Shown in pieces: positions 57,718-64,000 of a DNA stretch of 64,000 nt (positions within the stretch are counted from its first letter, which is position 1; the number at the start of each line of letters is the position of its first letter). Location: NCBI RefSeq assembly GCF_003334335.1, contig NZ_QOWQ01000018.1, one strand, 5' to 3'. Position numbers and translations under genes: made by a program. This DNA is from Escherichia coli. Lineage in GTDB: Bacteria > Pseudomonadota > Gammaproteobacteria > Enterobacterales > Enterobacteriaceae. The notes under the pieces are model-generated. The model saw only the letters and a program-made list of their open reading frames with translations, was not told the DNA's origin and did not search any database.

Positions 57718-58184
57718 TCACGGTGCGCCGTCTTTGCACTACGCGCCGCCAGCCACAGGCCACTGTTTTTCATTGCGTAACCAAATATCAGCCCAAGCGC
57801 CAGCGAAGGTAACACCAGTTTCCAGTCACCCTGCCCGGCAAACGTCGCGCATGCGCCTATAAACGTCCCCGGAACAAATGAAAGCAGCAGCTGTTTGGCC
57901 TGAATACACATCAGAAACGCGACAATACCGGTTATGACATAACCGAGAATTTCCAGATGTGGTGCCAGTGCACTACCGTAAATAATGACCATCGCCCACA
58001 CCACGCCACTAAGCAGGGTTGCAGCGGAGATCGCCAGCCCTTTCAGCCCACCTTGCGGGCAGGCAAAGTAGGCCGTACAGCCCAGGAAGCCCGCCCAGCT
58101 TAGTAAGCCCAGGGAAACAGCCACCCATCCCCAGATACCGGAGAGAATGCCTGTTGTGATTGCAATAGAGAGAAGTATGTTCAT
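57693..58184 (-). CDS. ycdZ: Inner-membrane protein YcdZ (DUF1097)
   Basis: ORF 57693..58232; start at ATG 58184 (MNILLSIAITTGILSGIWGW..., 163 aa). Confidence 0.88.
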   Translation of the reverse strand: MNILLSIAITTGILSGIWGWVAVSLGLLSWAGFLGCTAYFACPQGGLKGLAISAATLLSGVVWAMVIIYGSALAPHLEILGYVITGIVAFLMCIQAKQLLLSFVPGTFIGACATFAGQGDWKLVLPSLALGLIFGYAMKNSGLWLAARSAKTAHREQEIKNKA

Positions 58185-58285
58185 GCCGCGCATGATAGCA
58201 GAAAACGCGGCCATGAATGAGATCGAGCACACATTTTATGCAACAACAAATTATCCGTTGCAGTTATGAGTGACGTAGATCACAC

Positions 58286-58840
58286 TTATTCTTCAGAATC
58301 TTCTTCCAGCTCGTCCCACATTGCACTAATGGCATCGCGGGTTAGCGGTGCCATGGTGCGCCAGAAAGGCGTGGTTGCATGGGCCTCCACTTTGCCAAGG
58401 AACGCACCACACCAGGGTAACAGATACTCACTGAACAGTGTTTCCAGTGCTTCGCTCTCATCTTCCGTTGACTGATCTTCCAGCCAGGAAGCTGCGAGCA
58501 GCAATGTGCCGATGTGATCGGCTGGCGTATCCGCTAATGGCATCCCTCGCTCAGAAAGAAAAGCGCGCACTTCCGCTTCCGTCGCGCCCTCAACCCATGC
58601 GCTACGATATGGCGGCACAGCACATTCATCGCCGATAAACAACGCATTGTAATCGGCAGAGACTTGCGTCATATCACAGCTTTTCTGCAAACGTGTCAGC
58701 AACTCATCCTGCTCCAGTGGCCAGTTCGCAGCCAGTTTCCCCTCACGAATCAGGGTAAACAGCGGCACCAGTAAAGGATCTTGTGGTTGGCGGTAATAGA
58801 GCGAACCCAGCACACGACAGAGGATAGAAAACTCGTTCAT
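58286..58840 (-). CDS. ycdY: TorD-family chaperone YcdY
   Basis: 184 aa MNEFSILCRVLGSLYYRQPQDPLLVPLF...; matches YcdY. Confidence 0.92.
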   Translation of the reverse strand: MNEFSILCRVLGSLYYRQPQDPLLVPLFTLIREGKLAANWPLEQDELLTRLQKSCDMTQVSADYNALFIGDECAVPPYRSAWVEGATEAEVRAFLSERGMPLADTPADHIGTLLLAASWLEDQSTEDESEALETLFSEYLLPWCGAFLGKVEAHATTPFWRTMAPLTRDAISAMWDELEEDSEE

Positions 58841-58863
58841 TAATATATTTCCATTACTAGTAA

Positions 58864-59601
58864 TTAAAGGTCTGCAAATTCCGCAATCGGTGCCATACCG
58901 CGAGATTCAAGGAAGTTCAGTAAGCGGCGCGGAGAAACATTCAAAATGCGCTCTGGCGGAAAATCTACCGCGTCGAGGATTTTAAGACACTCTTCAAATT
59001 CCCCCATGGTAAACGCGGTGTGAGAATCCGAGCCTAATGCCACCCAACCTCCAGCATCACGTACCGCTGCGGCTACCTCACGACAGTTGTCTTCACTGCC
59101 CTTACGTGAGTGTAAAAATGAGGAATTATTGATTTCCAGCGCCACCTGATGTTTCGCGGCTGCTTCAGCAACGGCTTTCACATCTATTTCATATTTGGGA
59201 TTTCCGGGATGGCTTATTATATGCACATTGCCGCTGGCGATAGTGGCGATCATCGCTTGTGTATTGGTCGCTTTGTCATGTGGCGCAAAAACCGGCTCAT
59301 GAAAACCGGCAATAATTAGATCCAGCGAGTCAAACATTTTACCGCTGCAGTCAATTTCACCATCAACATTTTTAATGTTAGCTTCGATGCCGCGCAGGAT
59401 CCCTACCCCATCAACCACTCGCGGCCAGATACGCATGTTAATGAAGTGCCAGTGATGCGGCGCATCTTCCATATCCGGGCCATGATCGGTGATCGCAAAA
59501 AGTTTAATGCCCTTTTGTTTGGCCTGGGCAATGTAATCACTTAATGTGCTATATGCATGTGTGCTGGCAACGGTATGCATATGAAGGTCGACGGGATACA
59601 T
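58864..59601 (-). CDS. ycdX: PHP-domain zinc phosphatase YcdX
   Basis: 245 aa [23 protein letters not shown]..., PHP metal-binding His motif. Confidence 0.94.
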   Translation of the reverse strand: MYPVDLHMHTVASTHAYSTLSDYIAQAKQKGIKLFAITDHGPDMEDAPHHWHFINMRIWPRVVDGVGILRGIEANIKNVDGEIDCSGKMFDSLDLIIAGFHEPVFAPHDKATNTQAMIATIASGNVHIISHPGNPKYEIDVKAVAEAAAKHQVALEINNSSFLHSRKGSEDNCREVAAAVRDAGGWVALGSDSHTAFTMGEFEECLKILDAVDFPPERILNVSPRRLLNFLESRGMAPIAEFADL

Positions 59602-59655
59602 AACTCTCTCCTGTATTCAATTCCCGCCAAGGATAGCAGGAATCCTGATGCTTTA

Positions 59656-60633
<978 letters not shown>

Positions 60634-60817
60634 TTATCATTATGATCTACAAAGGCCACCAGCATAACAAATCCGTGGTCGGTGGCAAAAAAAGCAGATT
60701 TCGCTTATTAAAACCACACATTGATTGAAGTTTGAATAAACGCGCGATTTTTTCAAAAAGTTTGTTGACCTCAGGTCATGATTTCCCTAAATTAGCGCCC
60801 GTTCCAGCAAGACAGGA

Positions 60818-60905
60818 ACGACAATTTGGTGAGGTGTCCGAGTGGCTGAAGGAGCACGCCTGGAAAGTGTGTATACGGCAACGTATCGGGGGTTCGAATC
60901 CCCCC
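60818..60905 (+). tRNA. serX: tRNA-Ser (anticodon GGA)
   Basis: 88 nt GGTGAGGTGTCCGAGTGGCTGAAGGAGCACGCCTGGAAAGTG...GGTTCGAATCCCCCCCTCACCGCCA: D-arm GAGTGG, anticodon loop CCTGGAAAG, long variable arm, T-arm GGTTCGAATCC, encoded CCA. Confidence 0.95.
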
Positions 60906-60911
60906 CTCACC

Positions 60912-60945
60912 GCCAGATTACAAGCGCATGTTATTGTTTAACATG
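60912..60945 (+). terminator. Rho-independent terminator of serX
   Basis: Hairpin aagcgcatgtt-attgttt-aacatgcgctt followed by a T-run, 7 nt after the tRNA 3' end. Confidence 0.8.
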
Positions 60946-61064
60946 CGCTTTTTTATTTATCCTTCCAGACAGTATGCCACCGGGTATGCCATCTGAAACC
61001 GGTTTGTATGAGCCGCGATCACATCTTATCGGACAATTTCCGATCTTTAAGCATACTGGCAAAG

Positions 61065-61910
61065 CTATACTGACAGCATGTCAGGATAGTGTTCTGCAAT
61101 AATATCATTCAGTCGCTCAACCAGTTCCGGTTTTCTGAACGTGATATACGCGGAGCCCTTCTTAAAGTATCTGATACTGAACATCTCATCTTCATAGTCC
61201 TCTTTCCCCTGAACAGACTGGATGTGCTCATCCAGATGAATGGTGATGTTTTCCCGATTGTCGGGGATCGGTTTGCCGCTGAACAGGTGCAGCATTCTTT
61301 CCAGGTCGGTAAGTCGATCTGCCTGTTGCCCGCTGTTCAGATGAAATCCCCACCGGTCCCACCTCACCAGATTGTTGACGATAATTTTACTGCCAAATTT
61401 ACAGGGTGAGTTGGTTTTGTAATTCCAGCTCAGCACTCTGAAGACGTTGATCACTCCTCGCTCAAACACGTCATCCTTATTCTGGTGCAGTTGCTCAAAT
61501 GTGCTCCAAATGTTCGCTTCACTGATTTCCGGAAAGTTATCGTACTCCAGTGAGCGGTACCATGTATCACGGGCCTGCGCATCCATTAATGACAGCATCC
61601 CGGAACGTTGCATCAGGCCACGCCAGATTTCGCGATCGAGATTGCGGGTGATGGCTTTCATTGCGGTTTCCGGTTTCTCCATGAGCCAGCAGCCGCAGCG
61701 AAAATCCTGTTTCATGGCCCAGTCCCGGGCGGTTTTACCGCCAATGCTTTCCGTCAGTACCGAGATTTCAGCCAGTTGCCGGATAAGTGTGTCGATTTGC
61801 AGCAGCGCACTCTTTCGTACAGCCAGAATGTGGCGGATACTGGTTGAGCAGATAACGTCCGTATGTCCGTTGACCAGTTCCGGGCGGGAGATTGTGATAT
61901 CTGACATCAT
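61065..61910 (-). CDS. Uncharacterised 281-aa island protein (possibly DUF4942-like)
   Basis: Intact ORF MMSDITISRPELVNGHTDV... with Shine-Dalgarno aaggaaaaacg before the ATG; no recognisable catalytic motif; family assignment from memory of island annotations, not searched. Confidence 0.6.
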   Translation of the reverse strand: MMSDITISRPELVNGHTDVICSTSIRHILAVRKSALLQIDTLIRQLAEISVLTESIGGKTARDWAMKQDFRCGCWLMEKPETAMKAITRNLDREIWRGLMQRSGMLSLMDAQARDTWYRSLEYDNFPEISEANIWSTFEQLHQNKDDVFERGVINVFRVLSWNYKTNSPCKFGSKIIVNNLVRWDRWGFHLNSGQQADRLTDLERMLHLFSGKPIPDNRENITIHLDEHIQSVQGKEDYEDEMFSIRYFKKGSAYITFRKPELVERLNDIIAEHYPDMLSV

Positions 61911-61991
61911 CGTTTTTCCTTTTGGTTTATAAACGAAAACGCCAGCCGTATTCAGGCTGGCGTCAGTGGAATGAAGTCTGGTGAGTAAGAC

Positions 61992-62189
61992 TCACCTGTT
62001 CTGTTGCAGAAGCTGCTGTTGGCGCAGGGTACGGATATCTTCCCTGGCCTGTTCAATGCAGGGCAGCAGTGCTGCTGAATCCGTTTTATCCTCATCGTTG
62101 TCGAAGATAATCCCTGATTCGCAGTCAATATTGTCCTGCAGCCACGCAATCAGAATATCCAGCGCCGTTTCTGTGGTTAATGATTTCAT
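61992..62189 (-). CDS. Small 65-aa island protein (possibly DUF957-like)
   Basis: ORF MKSLTTETALDILIAWLQDNIDCESGIIFDNDEDKTDSAALLPCIEQAREDIRTLRQQQLLQQNR, 16 nt downstream of the YeeW-like stop; acidic, helical; unsearched. Confidence 0.45.
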   Translation of the reverse strand: MKSLTTETALDILIAWLQDNIDCESGIIFDNDEDKTDSAALLPCIEQAREDIRTLRQQQLLQQNR

Positions 62190-62205
62190 GTTGTGAATTT
62201 ACGGG

Positions 62206-62694
62206 TTACCAGTCGAAAGTGGGGAACCCCGGCAGACATTCTGCGCCGGCGTCCAGATGAATGAGACTGACGCCATAACGCCGGGTGAGAGTGACGACCA
62301 GACGACGGAACGTTCTTGACAGGCCCAGGCGTTTAAGCCGCAGAACCGGGTACGACCATGCATCGGTACGTAACAGATAGCCGCTGCCTGTAAAATGAAT
62401 CCATTCTGTTTCGCCGTCGTCATTAGTCTGGTGTGACAGCGAGTACAGCCAGGCGTTGTCCGTTTCCGTGATATGTGCGGTACTGCAACGTATGCCGGTA
62501 AGGGTTGTTAACGGTGGTGGTGTACTGGTTGACTGCTGGTCGGATTTATCGACCACGCGGAGTGAATAACCGTTTTCAGAGACCTTGTTAATCAGTTCAG
62601 CGAGATTAACACCATCGACGTCAACGACAATGCGCCCCATGTTCAGCGCCTGCATGTTAATGCTGTCGGCTTCCGGCGTCAGGGAAAGGTTCAT
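62206..62694 (-). CDS. YeeW-like protein (DUF5983-type), full length
   Basis: 162-aa [57 protein letters not shown]...; its ATG overlaps the CbtA stop as ATGA; position matches yeeW downstream of cbtA. Confidence 0.6.
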   Translation of the reverse strand: MNLSLTPEADSINMQALNMGRIVVDVDGVNLAELINKVSENGYSLRVVDKSDQQSTSTPPPLTTLTGIRCSTAHITETDNAWLYSLSHQTNDDGETEWIHFTGSGYLLRTDAWSYPVLRLKRLGLSRTFRRLVVTLTRRYGVSLIHLDAGAECLPGFPTFDW

Positions 62695-63074
62695 TGTTTC
62701 GCCTCCTCCGGATGCTTGCCCAGGGTAATGTTATTTACCATTCTGTAATTGTCCCGGGTCATCAGGCCGGTCGCCCTGCGAGCCCGGAGAATATCAATGC
62801 TGTTGATTAACTGAGACGACGGGGCTCCTGCGCTGAATCCCGGCTGGTCAGTTCGTACCAGCACGTATTTTTCAACGAGAAAGTTCACCGCGTCACACAG
62901 TGAAATCCCTGCCTCAATATGCTGCTCAATCACACGTTCATCAGCGAACGGTGTGTCATTCAACGTAAGGCCATAGTGCTGGTCCAGCAGTCGGGTGAGC
63001 AGTGTCTGCCAGATTTCAACCGGAGACGGGCAGCGCGATGCCGCCCGTACGTGTGTGTCGGGTAATGTTTTCAT
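62691..63074 (-). CDS. cbtA: CbtA-family toxin of a type IV toxin-antitoxin system (YeeV/YkfI/YpjF-like)
   Basis: Start at ATG 63074 gives 127 aa [70 protein letters not shown]..., near-identical to remembered YeeV-family toxins. Confidence 0.9.
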   Translation of the reverse strand: MKTLPDTHVRAASRCPSPVEIWQTLLTRLLDQHYGLTLNDTPFADERVIEQHIEAGISLCDAVNFLVEKYVLVRTDQPGFSAGAPSSQLINSIDILRARRATGLMTRDNYRMVNNITLGKHPEEAKQ

Positions 63075-63154
63075 ACTGAAGATTTTCCTGATATGCAGAT
63101 ATAAGAAATGGAAAAGTGGCGTGGCTGGTGAAAGCACCAGGCCGGAGCAGAAGG

Positions 63155-63535
63155 CTATTCCGGAGGGTTACTTTCCGTTTCGGTCGCAGGATAAACAGCC
63201 AGATAAACGTAACCACAGGAGCCGAGGGTGTCGGCATCGCAGGTCAGCCCTTTCGCATACAGCGTGACGGTATGCTGATGCCGGGGATTCAGTTCACCGC
63301 TGGTGAGCATGAGTTCCAGTTGTTTCATCAGCAGTGGAAAAGCCTGGTCCAGATGGTATGCATCCGCATTGCTGAACCGGCCTCTGATACCGGCGCGGTC
63401 TGCAAGGTAATGCAACCGGTTACCCTCCTGCACCAGACGTGCCCCGAAACAGGGCGTCACGGTGCAGGGCAGCCCCCACCAGGGGCGGTCTTTGTTGTCG
63501 TCGGGAAGCGTTGTCCCGGGGAGTGTGTCTGACAC
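63155..63535 (-). CDS. cbeA: CbeA-family antitoxin of a type IV toxin-antitoxin system (YeeU/YafW/YfjZ-like)
   Basis: Probable GTG start at 63535 gives [54 protein letters not shown]... matching the remembered YeeU N-terminus ([13 protein letters not shown]...). Confidence 0.88.
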   Translation of the reverse strand: MSDTLPGTTLPDDNKDRPWWGLPCTVTPCFGARLVQEGNRLHYLADRAGIRGRFSNADAYHLDQAFPLLMKQLELMLTSGELNPRHQHTVTLYAKGLTCDADTLGSCGYVYLAVYPATETESNPPE

Positions 63536-63545
63536 GATAAAATCC

Positions 63546-63923
63546 TCACAGAAAATCGGTGAATGATAGTTTAACGATGACGGGGCAGCCGGCGCGCAGA
63601 CCGGCTTCGGTGAAGGTATATTCGTTGATGAGAAGGGCCTCATCCACAGCGGCGTCTGAGGTCAGCCAGTCGTACTCGTTTTCCAGTTGACGGTACAACC
63701 AGAAGGCCAGGTCGCGCAGGGCTTCGCTGACTGCGGCTTCCGCATCGGTTGTCATAGCCTGACCAGTCGGACTGTTCCGGGTGACGGTGATATCCATGCA
63801 GTACGGATGGCAGTAACGTCCCCGGTGGTGGATTTCAGCCTGCAGTTGCCAGAAGTTACGCTTCTGCACCGCCTGCAGGGCATCCGCGATACGATGAAGC
63901 TCACGGTCCTGCGGGGCATACAC
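63546..63923 (-). CDS. Hypothetical protein upstream of cbeA (yeeT/ykfH position); start uncertain
   Basis: 125-codon ORF opening with GTG at 63923 (an in-frame stop lies 9 nt upstream); internal ATGs would give 83- or 68-aa products; stop is 8 nt before the cbeA start. Sequence not recognised. Confidence 0.4.
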   Translation of the reverse strand: MYAPQDRELHRIADALQAVQKRNFWQLQAEIHHRGRYCHPYCMDITVTRNSPTGQAMTTDAEAAVSEALRDLAFWLYRQLENEYDWLTSDAAVDEALLINEYTFTEAGLRAGCPVIVKLSFTDFL

Positions 63924-64000
63924 CCATAAGCGCTAACTTAAGGGTTGAACCATCTGAAGAATGCGACGCCTCGGTGCCTCGTTAAGACGATGCCTCGCGT

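Larger units (their letters stand above)
60906..64000. mobile_element. tRNA-proximal arm of a CP4-like genomic island at the serX 3' end (partial; runs off the window end)
   Basis: Gene content after serX switches from K-12 core order to island-type cargo (CbeA/CbtA pair, YeeW-like, small ORF, 281-aa ORF), all on the minus strand reading toward the tRNA. Exact junction within 60906..61064 not determined. Confidence 0.65.

Noticed and set aside
61070-61084. 15-bp perfect palindrome ctgacagcatgtcag as a possible att or recombination site
   Set aside because: It lies inside the last codons of the 281-aa ORF rather than at the island junction, and a single short palindrome is not distinctive.
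61447-61932. 161-aa plus-strand ORF in the island
   Set aside because: Antisense to the 281-aa island ORF, which has the better start context and fits the co-oriented operon; it overlaps that gene almost completely.
63868-63874. caccgcc match to the serX 3' end as a possible att direct repeat
   Set aside because: Only a 7-nt match, expected by chance; a real attR should lie at the distal island end beyond the window.
62995-63929. Plus-strand ORFs of 90, 138 and 80 aa across the toxin-antitoxin genes
   Set aside because: Antisense to cbtA, cbeA and the upstream ORF, whose minus-strand products match known families.

Overview
The window reads as an Escherichia coli chromosomal segment, colinear with the K-12 map in reverse-complement orientation, and I see no novel system I can defend from sequence alone. 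About 61 kb is conserved core: ptsG (5' part), ycfH, holB-tmk-mltG-pabC, the fabF-acpP-fabG-fabD-fabH-plsX-rpmF-yceD fatty-acid/ribosomal cluster, yceF, rluC, rne, flagellar region 1 (flgLKJIHGFEDCB, flgA, flgMN), murJ, yceM, yceH, rimJ, mdtH, grxB, yceB, pyrC, dinI, bssS, solA, yceJ, yceI, yceA, lpxL, mdtG, msyB, yceK, opgHG, opgC, clsC, ymdB, ymdA, the curli locus csgCAB/csgDEFG, ycdZYX, ghrA and tRNA-Ser serX. All identifications rest on recognising translated proteins and gene order from memory; no database search was run. The only accessory DNA is the last ~3.1 kb (60.9-64.0 kb), the tRNA-proximal arm of a CP4-like genomic island at the 3' end of serX. It carries a CbeA/CbtA type IV toxin-antitoxin pair, a full-length YeeW-like ORF overlapping the toxin stop, a small ORF, a 281-aa uncharacterised ORF and an unrecognised ORF upstream of the antitoxin. 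This arm is the best candidate for under-characterised biology. No CRISPR array, rRNA or IS element was seen. REP/BIME repeats, terminators and a few known regulatory sites (LexA box at dinI, PurR box at pyrC, sigma-28 promoters) are visible.
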